DNA from: an uncultured Candidatus Saccharibacteria bacterium
GTDB lineage: Bacteria > Patescibacteriota > Minisyncoccia > Phycocordibacterales > DATDSR01
Assembly (NCBI GenBank): GCA_964348575.1
Contig: CAYGDD010000001.1
Coordinates: 1-49,511 of the forward strand
Direction of reading: 5' to 3'
Length of the DNA: 49,511 nt
Below the pieces are notes generated by a model. It did no database searches. It was not told the DNA's origin and worked only from the letters and a program-made list of their open reading frames with translations. Below, piece by piece: positions 9,302 to 17,688 of this stretch (position 1 is its first letter; the number at the start of each line of letters is the position of its first letter). The position numbers were made by a program, and so were the translations under genes.

Positions 9302-10146
9302 GATGGTTATTTTACTTCACGATGAGTATATTAGTAGTCGGGGGAGCACTACAGATATATGCCGAGACATCAGTAGTTACTGTGACGGTGATAATCCCCG
9401 AATGTAATGACACTCTTGATAATGACGGCGATACCTTTGTAGACTACCCTTCTGACCCCGGATGTACTAGTCTCTTTGATAACGACGAGACTGACCCAGT
9501 GGCTCCACAGTGCAATGATGGCATAGATAACGACGGCGATTCTAGAATAGATTTTCCGACTGACCTTGGTTGTGACAGCCTAACGGACAATGATGAGTCT
9601 GGCGAGGTTGTTGTCACACCGACTACCACCCCCGGCGGGGGTAACGGTCCAATCTTGCCTACGGTCACTCTAACTGGTACACAGGTGATCTTCTCGGGTA
9701 GGGCCTTCCCCGGGGCAAGTATCACCGCCTTAGCTGATGGCAAGGTGGTAGGTGTCACTAGGGTAGGTGTTGATAACTTGTTTAGATTAAGCATTGAAGA
9801 GATCCCTCCCGGAGTGTACATATTCAACATCTACGCCACAGATCCCTTAGGGCGTACTCTCCGGCCCCAGTCGTTTGCTTTAGAGCTTAGCCGAGGCTTG
9901 ATTACAGAGATTAAAGGAATCGTGTTCACGCTATCAAGTGAGATTGATAAAATAACCGGCTGTTCTAATTTGGGTGACCTTAATGCTGATTGTAAGGTTA
10001 ATCTTACTGATTTTTCCATCGCTGCTTATTGGTGGGGCAGGACCCTAGATGCTGACTTCTTGAAATTGGAAGCCAGAAGATTGAGTGGCGATGGCAAAAT
10101 TAGTCTGGAAGACTTTAGCATCCTCGCTTATTATTGGACAGGATGA
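9298..10146 (+). CDS. dockerin-containing secreted protein with two Cys/Asp-rich Ca-binding-type repeats and an Ig-like middle domain
   Basis: Two copies of CND(T/G)xDNDGDxxxD(Y/F)PxDxGCxSLxDNDE. The C-terminus carries duplicated dockerin-type segments, DLNADCKVNLTDFSIAAYWW and SGDGKISLEDFSILAYYW. ATGA overlap with the upstream gene. Confidence 0.75.
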   Translation: MRWLFYFTMSILVVGGALQIYAETSVVTVTVIIPECNDTLDNDGDTFVDYPSDPGCTSLFDNDETDPVAPQCNDGIDNDGDSRIDFPTDLGCDSLTDNDESGEVVVTPTTTPGGGNGPILPTVTLTGTQVIFSGRAFPGASITALADGKVVGVTRVGVDNLFRLSIEEIPPGVYIFNIYATDPLGRTLRPQSFALELSRGLITEIKGIVFTLSSEIDKITGCSNLGDLNADCKVNLTDFSIAAYWWGRTLDADFLKLEARRLSGDGKISLEDFSILAYYWTG

Positions 10147-11102
10147 TTATGGGAACTCAAAGCACAAAACTCAAAGCACAAAACTCAAAGTCGGTTAGAT
10201 TGATTTCGTATTGTTTTTTTATCTTCGCTTTTACCATACTCTGCATACAATTTACGAGTAATACAGCCTATGGGGCTTGGCTTGGTTTCGGCCTAGAGTC
10301 AGTTGAGGTGACGGTTAATAAGGACTTCTCTGTGGACTTATTGCTTGATCCAGAGGGTGGAGATATTAACGCTCTTGAGCTAGAGCTTAGTTATGACCCG
10401 ACTAAATTATATTTCAAATCTGGGCCAACAGGTAAGTCTGTGGTAAGTATCTGGCTTACTCCTCCGGTGGCCACAGAAGGGCTTATAACTATGGCGGGCA
10501 TTATGCCCGGAGGCTTTAGTGGGTTAATAGACATAGCTACAGGCAAGAAGAGGGCGGGCAATATTGCTTCATTCGTCTTTAGGCCACTGGTAGTGGGCAC
10601 GTCTACAATTGAATTTGAGACCACCAAAGTCATCAAGAATGATGGTCTTGGCACAGAGCTTAAGTTACCTGCTTATAATTTAGTTGTCAGGGCTAACCAA
10701 AGTGCAGTAGGCTCGGTAGATATTTACGAATATAATGACACAGAACCCCCGGATGTATTTGAACCAACCTTGATAAAGTCAAAATATATCTATGATAATA
10801 AATATACGCTCATCTTTAATGCTAGCGATGGCGGTTCGGGCGTAGAGAGATACGAAGTGAGTGAGGGTGAGGATAAGTTTAAGAACGCTAAGAGCCCGTA
10901 CCTTTTGGAAGATCAGGCTTTAGAGGGTATAATATTAGTTAGGGCGATTGACTTCGCCGGTAACGCCCGGACTGTTGCGCTTGAGCCTTATTCCGCAAGC
11001 AATAGTGGTAAGTGGACAGGCTCGCAGGTACTTATAGTAATCGCATTTGTCATATTGTTAATTGTATGGATGATAAGAAGAAAATTCCAAACTCACATCT
11101 AG
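10143..11102 (+). CDS. cohesin-domain protein with C-terminal TM anchor (start uncertain: TTG 10134, ATG 10143 or ATG 10149)
   Basis: Cohesin-like region FSVDLLLDPEGGDINALELELSYDPTKLYF...ASFVFRPLVVGTSTIEF. An Ig-like domain follows (GGSGVERYEVS). C-terminal TM VLIVIAFVILLIVWMI. Confidence 0.7.
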   Translation: MIMGTQSTKLKAQNSKSVRLISYCFFIFAFTILCIQFTSNTAYGAWLGFGLESVEVTVNKDFSVDLLLDPEGGDINALELELSYDPTKLYFKSGPTGKSVVSIWLTPPVATEGLITMAGIMPGGFSGLIDIATGKKRAGNIASFVFRPLVVGTSTIEFETTKVIKNDGLGTELKLPAYNLVVRANQSAVGSVDIYEYNDTEPPDVFEPTLIKSKYIYDNKYTLIFNASDGGSGVERYEVSEGEDKFKNAKSPYLLEDQALEGIILVRAIDFAGNARTVALEPYSASNSGKWTGSQVLIVIAFVILLIVWMIRRKFQTHI

Positions 11103-13114
11103 CCCACTTTGCGTATCTCGGTGCGGTGTTGCTTGTGGCCTCATTTTTATTCTATCCGACACTTAGTGCCCAAAGCGAGACAGGAACCTCACTATATCTT
11201 ACGCCCAGCACCGGTAACTATGCGGTGGACGATACTTTCTCTGTATCTGTATATATTAATACTGGGGGATTGTCTGTTAATGCCATAGAGTCAGCCATCA
11301 CTTTTCCACCTGATAAGTTGCAAATAGTTTCGCCCTCTATTGGCAAGTCTGTTATCGGGGTGTGGGTTGGCCAACCTAGCTTCTCTAATTCGGCGGGCAC
11401 AATCAACTTCCGAGGGGCTATCCCCAACCCGGGTCTTATTACCTCACAGGGGCTTATCTCTACCTTTACCTTTAGGGTTAAGTCTGTGGGTAAGGCTGTT
11501 GTTAAGTTCACCGACAGCTCCAAAGTTTTGCTTAATGATGGCAAGGCCACCAATGTATTAAGTAATACCAGTGGGGCCATCTATGATCTTGTCTTACCCC
11601 CTCCTCAAGGACCTATTGTCGTATCTTCTACTAACCCCGACCAATCCAAGTGGTATCCCAACAGTTCAGTCTCTTTTTCCTGGTCAGGTGATAGCGAACT
11701 AGACAAGTTTAGCTATGTTTTAAACAGTGAGCCTGTCAGTAACCCAGATAATATCCAAGAGTCGGGCTCCACTGGTATCACTTATGCCGACCTTGAGGAC
11801 GGCATACACTATTTCCATATCAAGGCTTACAGAGATGGCGTATGGGGTGGTGTGACCCATTTTGCAGTCAAGGTAGACCAAACTCAGCCGGCAGATTTTA
11901 GGCTAATTATTGAGCCCCGTAAGACCACCGCCAATAGAAAGCCTATCATAATCTTTGACACCATGGACGGCGCCTCTGGAGTAGACTATTTTGAGCTTAA
12001 GATGATTTCCCTTAGCGTAGGAGCTGTTAATTTGGGCCAAGTTTCTAATGAGTTTTTTATTGAGAGTACTAGCCCCTATATCCCAGAGCTTGAGATTGGC
12101 AAGTATGATTTAGTGCTCAGAGCATTCGATAAAGCTGGGAATTACAGAGAGGTTAAAGAACGGATAACTATCCTCCCGCCGGCTTTGGGGGCTATCGGTT
12201 TCTTGTGGCCCTCTACGTGGCTTGGCTTCCTGCTTTTATTGCTCCTCCTCCTTATTAGTGCCCACTTGTCTAGGAAGTATTATCTTTGGCATCTTAGACT
12301 ATCCCACCAGCATGCTATGGGCCCAACGGCTCAGGGTGACATCGCAGAGAAGCTAGCGACGCTTAAAGAATATCAGAAGAAGTACGGCCATCTAGTTGTT
12401 GTCCTAACCTTGCTAGCCACATTGTTTGGCAATGCTGGCATGGCTCGAGCGGACATTGATGACCCTAACCGGCCGGCCCCCCCAAGTGTCACTCTTATAT
12501 CTGAAAATATTAGCAATGAAGAACTCTTCTACATTGGTGGTAGACACAACGTCCCAGGGAGTATCGTGACCATTTACCTCCAAGGGGATAGTGGCGAGAC
12601 AAGTAGCTTCCTGACAAGTACTAATCAGAAAGGGGACTGGTTCTACTCTATGACCCGATTCTTGCCGGCTGGGGAGTATAGTGTCTGGACCCAGGCGCGT
12701 TCGGGTAATGTAGAGAGTCCCCCTTCTGCCCAAACCAAGTTTAATGTAGAGAAGACCGCCTTCTCTGTAGGGGGTTCTAGGATCAGCTATCAACTTATCT
12801 TTGGCCTTGTCTCTATTATCTCGTTTATTCTAAGCTTAATCTTACTATTACGCGCGTACTATTATTACAAAGCAGGCAAGAAGAAGCACGCTCTCCTAAC
12901 CAAAGAGATAGAAGAGGCCACAGCCTCTGTGCATAGAGGCTTCGCCATTATTAGACGCGATATCCAAGCAGAACTTGAACTGGTGAAGAAGGCTAAACTT
13001 TCGGGTAGCTTACGGGCAGAGGAAGAGAAGCGCGAAGCGCAACTGCTTAGCGACCTTAGTAGTATAGAGGACTCTATAGGAAGGGAAGTGTGGGATATTA
13101 AGCAGTACAGCTAA
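11066..13114 (+). CDS. cohesin-domain polytopic membrane protein (about 680 aa)
   Basis: ATG 11066 (MDDKKK) precedes a signal-like segment. Cohesin-like region FSVSVYINTGGLSVNAIESAITFPPDKLQIVS...STFTFRVKSVGKAVVKF. Further Ig-like domains and three hydrophobic segments follow (WLGFLLLLLLLLISAHL, LVVVLTLLATLFG, LIFGLVSIISFILSLILLL). The tail is charged and coiled-coil-like. Confidence 0.7.
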   Translation: MDDKKKIPNSHLAHFAYLGAVLLVASFLFYPTLSAQSETGTSLYLTPSTGNYAVDDTFSVSVYINTGGLSVNAIESAITFPPDKLQIVSPSIGKSVIGVWVGQPSFSNSAGTINFRGAIPNPGLITSQGLISTFTFRVKSVGKAVVKFTDSSKVLLNDGKATNVLSNTSGAIYDLVLPPPQGPIVVSSTNPDQSKWYPNSSVSFSWSGDSELDKFSYVLNSEPVSNPDNIQESGSTGITYADLEDGIHYFHIKAYRDGVWGGVTHFAVKVDQTQPADFRLIIEPRKTTANRKPIIIFDTMDGASGVDYFELKMISLSVGAVNLGQVSNEFFIESTSPYIPELEIGKYDLVLRAFDKAGNYREVKERITILPPALGAIGFLWPSTWLGFLLLLLLLLISAHLSRKYYLWHLRLSHQHAMGPTAQGDIAEKLATLKEYQKKYGHLVVVLTLLATLFGNAGMARADIDDPNRPAPPSVTLISENISNEELFYIGGRHNVPGSIVTIYLQGDSGETSSFLTSTNQKGDWFYSMTRFLPAGEYSVWTQARSGNVESPPSAQTKFNVEKTAFSVGGSRISYQLIFGLVSIISFILSLILLLRAYYYYKAGKKKHALLTKEIEEATASVHRGFAIIRRDIQAELELVKKAKLSGSLRAEEEKREAQLLSDLSSIEDSIGREVWDIKQYS

Positions 13115-13143
13115 GGAGGCTGAACCTTTTCTTAGCTGTTAGC

Positions 13144-13998
13144 TTATTTACCAGTTATTAGACACACGATAGCTCCCCCCGCTCCAGCTTGCCAGCCCTC
13201 TCTCTGTGCCTTAACTAGACCAGCAATAGAGAGAGCGCTATTGGCTGATATGTCTATCCCAGTAAGGTCCTTAACTAACTTTACGGCTTCTATAATCTCA
13301 GGGTCGCTTACTACCCAACCACCTACCAGACTCTTCTGTAGGCTATCTTTGCGTAGAGCTACCTTATCCACTATCGCATCAGCTATGGAAGTCTCGCTAC
13401 TTTCAAACTTAGTATCTAAACTTTCGGCAATGGGATGACAAGCACTGGTCTGTACTATGTGCACAGGATACTTCGAAGCTAGGGCTAGAGCGGTAGTGCC
13501 ACTTGATGTGGGTACAAATATGGCCGAAACTTTATTAATTTCAGAGAGTTCGTCAACAAGACTTTGGTAGCCGATTAAGGCCAAGGGGTCGTTGGATTGG
13601 CGCAAGGCTTTAGCCTCTCCCTTTTTATTTAACATATGGACTGATTGTACAGGGCGGTCTGTTTGGATAAGTGTGAAGCCAGGATCAGTTATCTTTTCTT
13701 TCAGTATGTTCAGCTTATCTTGGTCAATGTTTTGACCTACGAATATATCTAGCATGAGCGGGTCCTCGGTAAACTTTGTGTTGTATTCATTTATGTAAGA
13801 GAGTGCGGCAAGGGCGGCGTTGCCCGAGCTGGAGATAGCAAAACGCTTTTGACCACCTCCCGCATATTGCCGAATCATATAGGGGATGGAGCGCCCCTTG
13901 TGTGAGCCAAAAGGATGCAAGTCCTCACGTTTAAGGTACAAACTAGGCACACCAAGCCTTTTGGCTAGTTGGGGGACTTCCTGTTGCGGGGTAATCAT
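13144..13998 (-). CDS. fold-type II PLP-dependent enzyme (threonine synthase / cysteine synthase-like, 284 aa)
   Basis: LKREDLHPFGSHKGRS corresponds to the xKxExxNPxGSFKDR PLP-lysine motif. A glycine-rich SSGNAA loop is present. Confidence 0.65.
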   Translation of the reverse strand: MITPQQEVPQLAKRLGVPSLYLKREDLHPFGSHKGRSIPYMIRQYAGGGQKRFAISSSGNAALAALSYINEYNTKFTEDPLMLDIFVGQNIDQDKLNILKEKITDPGFTLIQTDRPVQSVHMLNKKGEAKALRQSNDPLALIGYQSLVDELSEINKVSAIFVPTSSGTTALALASKYPVHIVQTSACHPIAESLDTKFESSETSIADAIVDKVALRKDSLQKSLVGGWVVSDPEIIEAVKLVKDLTGIDISANSALSIAGLVKAQREGWQAGAGGAIVCLITGK

Positions 13999-14050
13999 AA
14001 CTCGTAGTATACTCTATATAAGTTGTTAGTTGCTAGGTATCAGGTTTTGG

Positions 14051-14086
14051 CCTAACACCTAACACCTAATACTAATACCTAATCAC
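14051..14086. repeat. five degenerate tandem heptamers CCTAAYA just upstream of the LysW-like ORF
   Basis: cctaaca cctaaca cctaata ctaata cctaatca, ending 2 nt before ATG 14089. Confidence 0.8.
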
Positions 14087-14088
14087 TT

Positions 14089-14259
14089 ATGACTAAATCA
14101 CTAATTTGTCCGGAATGTAAAAATGACATAGACCTTGTGGCCTCTGGCGAACTTATGGTTGGCAAGATCATAGAGTGTGACTCATGCGGTATTACTCTAG
14201 AGGTCACAGACATTACTACTCCAACAATTACGGTTGAGATTGTAGACGAAGGCAAGTAG
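14089..14259 (+). CDS. LysW-like zinc-ribbon small protein (56 aa; below the ORF-track length cut-off)
   Basis: Hand translation gives MTKSLICPECKNDIDLVASGELMVGKIIECDSCGITLEVTDITTPTITVEIVDEGK. The CPEC...(19 aa)...CDSC ribbon with GxIIEC and LEV matches the LysW/amino-group-carrier pattern. The acidic tail ends in DEGK rather than EDWGE. Confidence 0.55.
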   Translation: MTKSLICPECKNDIDLVASGELMVGKIIECDSCGITLEVTDITTPTITVEIVDEGK

Positions 14260-15634
14260 CCTCTATCATTCCGCGGAAGCCATGGCTACCTAAGAAGACA
14301 ATTACCATAGGAGCCTCTGTTGCTAACTGCTCAACTAATTTATCATCGTCTGGGATGTAGCGCACGTCAAGATGTGCTCGTGATATTAGCTTGGCTAGGT
14401 CGGCTCCATCCATGGGTTTGGCAGTTCTGTCGGGGTCAATCTTCTGCTTACTTAGACGGGGGATAATGACACTGTCAGCAGCCGAGAAGGCCCCAGTATA
14501 ACGTGAGGCCATCTCGGCGTTGCGACCGCCGAGATTGGGTTCGAACACAGCCACAATCTTGCCACTATATATCTCACGCAAGTTCCTAAGTGTAGCTCTG
14601 GCCTTGTCGGGTGAGTGGGCTAGGTCGTTAATCACAGTTGTGCTCTTGGTTTGGCAGACTTTCTCTAGGCGTTGCCTAAGTCCAGCGAAGCTTCGGATAC
14701 TTGCTATTATACTTTTGGCTGGGATCCCTAGTTCAAGCGCTATGGCAAAGGCTCCGGTAATATTCTCGGCTTGGAAGTCGCCGATTAGACCACTTTCAAT
14801 GGCATAGGAATTGGTCTTATCTTTGATACCAAAGCGCAGACCAGTGCTAGATTGACCCACGCGTACATATTGATAATCGGCCGAGCTTTGACGTCCATAG
14901 GTTACTACTTTGGCCAAAGCCCCACCAAGTACACGCTTAACTCCGGTGTCGTTATCACAGGCGACAATTAGGCCGGTGGGTGGGATGGAGCTTACTAACT
15001 TCTCGAACACTGCGAAGTAGTGGTCCTCGGTGGGGTATAAGTCAGCGTGGTCCCATGATAAGCCTGTTAGTAGTAGGTGCGTAGGGTTATAGTAGACGAA
15101 CTTGGGCGTGGGGTCATCTCGCTCGCTCCGGTACTCATCTCCCTCAAAGACGCTCCACTCGCCATTGCCAATATGGGCAGGTCGCTCGCCCGATTTAGGT
15201 ATGCCCCCCATCATGTAGCTAGGGTCAAGTTTGGCTTGTGTAAATATGTGAGCAAGAAGAGCGGTAGAACTTGTCTTACCCCAAGTCCCCGCGACGACTA
15301 GCGACTTAGGTTTGATAAAATAATCTCTAAAGACTTGAGTATATGGTACAAGGGGGATGTTGTTGTCTTTTGCATACTGCCATTCGGGATTATTTTCCCC
15401 GGCGTAGCTAATGGGGATGACTATATCGGGTTTGCCCATCTTCTCGGGGTGCCAACCTGGGTAAAATTTTATACCAGCTTCTGTGAGTAAGTCCGAGGCC
15501 GGCGGATAGAAGCCCTTATCCGAGCCTGTTACCTTCCAGCCAGCATTGGCAAGGGCAAGGGCAAGGGCACTTGTGGCCTTGCCACAAATGCCAATGATGT
15601 GGGCATGCTTCTTGCTTGCTTGAGAGTTTGCCAT
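14228..15634 (-). CDS. mpl: Mur ligase family, Mpl-like (UDP-MurNAc:L-Ala-gamma-D-Glu-meso-DAP ligase type)
   Basis: N-terminus HIIGICGKATSALALALANAGWKVTGSDKGFYPPASDLLTEAGI resembles Mpl (GICG...TGSD..YPP...L...GI). Central P-loop AGTWGKTS and a Mur ligase C-terminal region are present. Confidence 0.7.
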   Translation of the reverse strand: MANSQASKKHAHIIGICGKATSALALALANAGWKVTGSDKGFYPPASDLLTEAGIKFYPGWHPEKMGKPDIVIPISYAGENNPEWQYAKDNNIPLVPYTQVFRDYFIKPKSLVVAGTWGKTSSTALLAHIFTQAKLDPSYMMGGIPKSGERPAHIGNGEWSVFEGDEYRSERDDPTPKFVYYNPTHLLLTGLSWDHADLYPTEDHYFAVFEKLVSSIPPTGLIVACDNDTGVKRVLGGALAKVVTYGRQSSADYQYVRVGQSSTGLRFGIKDKTNSYAIESGLIGDFQAENITGAFAIALELGIPAKSIIASIRSFAGLRQRLEKVCQTKSTTVINDLAHSPDKARATLRNLREIYSGKIVAVFEPNLGGRNAEMASRYTGAFSAADSVIIPRLSKQKIDPDRTAKPMDGADLAKLISRAHLDVRYIPDDDKLVEQLATEAPMVIVFLGSHGFRGMIEATCLRLQSQP

Positions 15635-15646
15635 TAGATAAGGATA

Positions 15647-16420
15647 TCACACTTGCTTAAGTGAAGTTTTCAATCTTTCTAGATCTGTTTGCCAACCAGT
15701 ATCTTTATCAAACCATTCAAGGCCACTAAACTGGAGCTTGTAAGTATCTGTGGGTCTTGTGGCCGAACCTAGGTATACATACTTATCTCCCTGCTCTTTA
15801 GCAAGCATAATAGCCATAAGCATCATGCCGAGACCCATACTCTTAGGCACACTAGTTATTGCATCTTTGCTTTGGGTACTTTCGGAGTCGGAGCTGTCAT
15901 TGTGTAAACTATAGAATGGATAAGAGTAATGCAGTAAGCCTTCCCCCGCATAGCAAATAGTATACCCCAACCCCAACTTAGCCGACGGTCCGCTAAGTAG
16001 TGGGTTTGAGAAGCTTATCAATGCATTGAAGTTACTTTTATCTGGGTCAGTTAGTAGCTCTTTTACTTTGTTAGCACTAAAGATGAGTTTACCCCGCGAA
16101 GCCTCGGGCGAAGTGGGGCCAAATTTGGTGCTATAGAAGTCTTTAGCCAGTTTAGCTATCTGCCAAGAGTAGTCCTCCATGGGCAGGCTCTCAACATTTA
16201 GCTCTATGCCCTCTAGTTGCTTAAGTATACGTCTGTTCTCACTAGATAGCTCAAATTTACTTAGGTCCACCCTCACACTCCGAGTCTGTTGCATAACACC
16301 CTTACCCTTACGGGTAAAGACGTAACCTTGATTATACAAATCGCGAACAGCCTCATCCGAAAAATCCGTAATAGTTTTCTCCTCCCAATTTAAATAGTTG
16401 TTTTCTCCTCCCTTTAACAT
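15647..16420 (-). CDS. ATE/Bpt-like (arginyl/leucyl-tRNA-protein transferase C-terminal fold) protein, 257 aa
   Basis: GYVFTRKGKG...RSVRVDLSKFELSSENRRILKQ parallels the Bpt/ATE pattern GFRRSG...IR...F.LS.SQKR.L. The C-terminal part HYSYPFYS...MGLGMMLMAIMLAKEQGDKYVYLG...YKLQFSGLEWF parallels SAxYxFFxP...SLGT...YLGY...YKxxF. Confidence 0.55.
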   Translation of the reverse strand: MLKGGENNYLNWEEKTITDFSDEAVRDLYNQGYVFTRKGKGVMQQTRSVRVDLSKFELSSENRRILKQLEGIELNVESLPMEDYSWQIAKLAKDFYSTKFGPTSPEASRGKLIFSANKVKELLTDPDKSNFNALISFSNPLLSGPSAKLGLGYTICYAGEGLLHYSYPFYSLHNDSSDSESTQSKDAITSVPKSMGLGMMLMAIMLAKEQGDKYVYLGSATRPTDTYKLQFSGLEWFDKDTGWQTDLERLKTSLKQV

Positions 16421-16443
16421 TTAACATTTAACATTTAACATTT
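16413..16443. repeat. (TTTAACA)x4 tandem heptamer filling the whole mraY / ATE-like intergenic gap
   Basis: Four perfect units at 16413-16440 plus a partial unit. On the minus strand this reads (AAATGTT)n, and the last unit supplies the ATG at 16420. Confidence 0.9.
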
Positions 16444-17598
16444 CTAATGGAGGCCGAGCCAGAGGCCAAAGATTACCGCGGCTAGGTGGATAAGCCAGAA
16501 GCGCATTACAATCTTCTCTTCGCTCCAGCCGATGAGTTCAAAGTGGTGGTGCAGAGGGGCCATCCGGAAGATGCGCCTACCAAGAAATGTGCGTCCAAAA
16601 ACTTGGATAATTACAGTCAGGGTCTCAACTACAAAAATGAAAGCAAGTAGCGGGAGCACAACTATAGCATTGGTAACAACCGCATTAATACCCATAAGGG
16701 CCCCGAGGCCTAGACTACCCACATCACCCATTTGGAAGCGGGCAGGTTTGACATTGAAATATGTGTAAGTAATAAGCGCGCCCATGGTTACGGCATCTAA
16801 GATGGCCACTTCGCGTAGGCCACTTGCCCAAGCCAAGATACCTAGAGCACCAAAAGTGGGTATGAGGGCTCCGCCCGAGAGGCCGTCTAGACCGTCAGAA
16901 ATGTTAACAGAGTTGGCGGCAGCGATGACTACAAAGATGACCAAGGGTACTATCCAGAAGCCGATGTTGATGTCTCCGCCAAAGGCGGACCCGCCTCCAG
17001 CGGAAAAGGGAAGAGCAATCTCACGCCAGTTCTCGCCTAGCTTCCAATAGATCCACCACGCACTAATGCCTCCAGCTATAAATTGGAGGAGCAACTTCTC
17101 ATGTACCTGCACGCCCTTACCGGGGTGTGAGCCTAGCCACATACTCATACGTTTGAAGGCCACCCAAGGCAGACTAAGGAAGAGCCAGATGCGCATAAGA
17201 GGGTTCTTGTGTACTTGGGCCAAGCGCAGGACGTGTGCGAGCTTGGGGTTACGTCGCTTACTGCCAAAGATGTTAAGCAGGTCGTCTAAACCACCCAAGA
17301 AGGCGGAGATGAGCATCACACCTATGGGGACGAAGGTGAAGGCTCGTGACCAGTTAAACAAGATAGTGATGACAGCTACCGTAACGACCACCAATAAGCC
17401 ACCCATAATGGGAGTACCCACTTTGTCTTTACGCGAATCAAGCGCAAGTGTAGTGTCATATGGGTTGCGTCTAGTGATGTCCCACTTGTAAAGATAGTGC
17501 GTAAGAATTGGAGCCCAAAGGAAAGCAATAAAACAAGAAAAGATGATATAGCCGAGGAAAGTGGTAAGTAGTCCCATGTCTTGCATAGAGCCTAACAT
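16444..17598 (-). CDS. mraY: phospho-N-acetylmuramoyl-pentapeptide transferase
   Basis: Polytopic membrane protein with the MraY motifs NSVNISDGLDGLSGG, MGDVGSLGLG and APLHHHFE. ATG 17598 is preferred over TTG 17604 because a GGGGGAGGG box lies 10 nt upstream of it. Confidence 0.9.
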   Translation of the reverse strand: MLGSMQDMGLLTTFLGYIIFSCFIAFLWAPILTHYLYKWDITRRNPYDTTLALDSRKDKVGTPIMGGLLVVVTVAVITILFNWSRAFTFVPIGVMLISAFLGGLDDLLNIFGSKRRNPKLAHVLRLAQVHKNPLMRIWLFLSLPWVAFKRMSMWLGSHPGKGVQVHEKLLLQFIAGGISAWWIYWKLGENWREIALPFSAGGGSAFGGDINIGFWIVPLVIFVVIAAANSVNISDGLDGLSGGALIPTFGALGILAWASGLREVAILDAVTMGALITYTYFNVKPARFQMGDVGSLGLGALMGINAVVTNAIVVLPLLAFIFVVETLTVIIQVFGRTFLGRRIFRMAPLHHHFELIGWSEEKIVMRFWLIHLAAVIFGLWLGLH

Positions 17599-17639
17599 TA
17601 GCAAAAATCCCTCCCCCTTTCAATCATATAAATGTCGAA

Positions 17640-17681
17640 CCCCCGAGACCGTACTGCGCAGGGGCAGATTAGTCTCGGGGG
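17640..17681 (-). terminator. hairpin 7 nt downstream of the cassette-1 gene stop (no clear T-tract)
   Basis: CCCCCGAGAC (17640-17649) pairs with GTCTCGGGGG (17672-17681). The loop contains the palindrome CTGCGCAG. Confidence 0.4.
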
Positions 17682-17688
17682 CGTGTGG

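Noticed and set aside
11012-11065. Upstream ATG 11012 as start of the second cohesin gene
   Set aside because: It would add 18 residues without a signal character and lengthen the overlap with the previous gene to 91 nt. ATG 11066 (MDDKKK) directly precedes the hydrophobic signal-like segment. The choice remains uncertain.
16532-17491. Plus-strand ORFs 16532-16768, 16784-17050 and 17066-17491
   Set aside because: They are antisense shadows of mraY, whose identity is secured by several invariant motifs.
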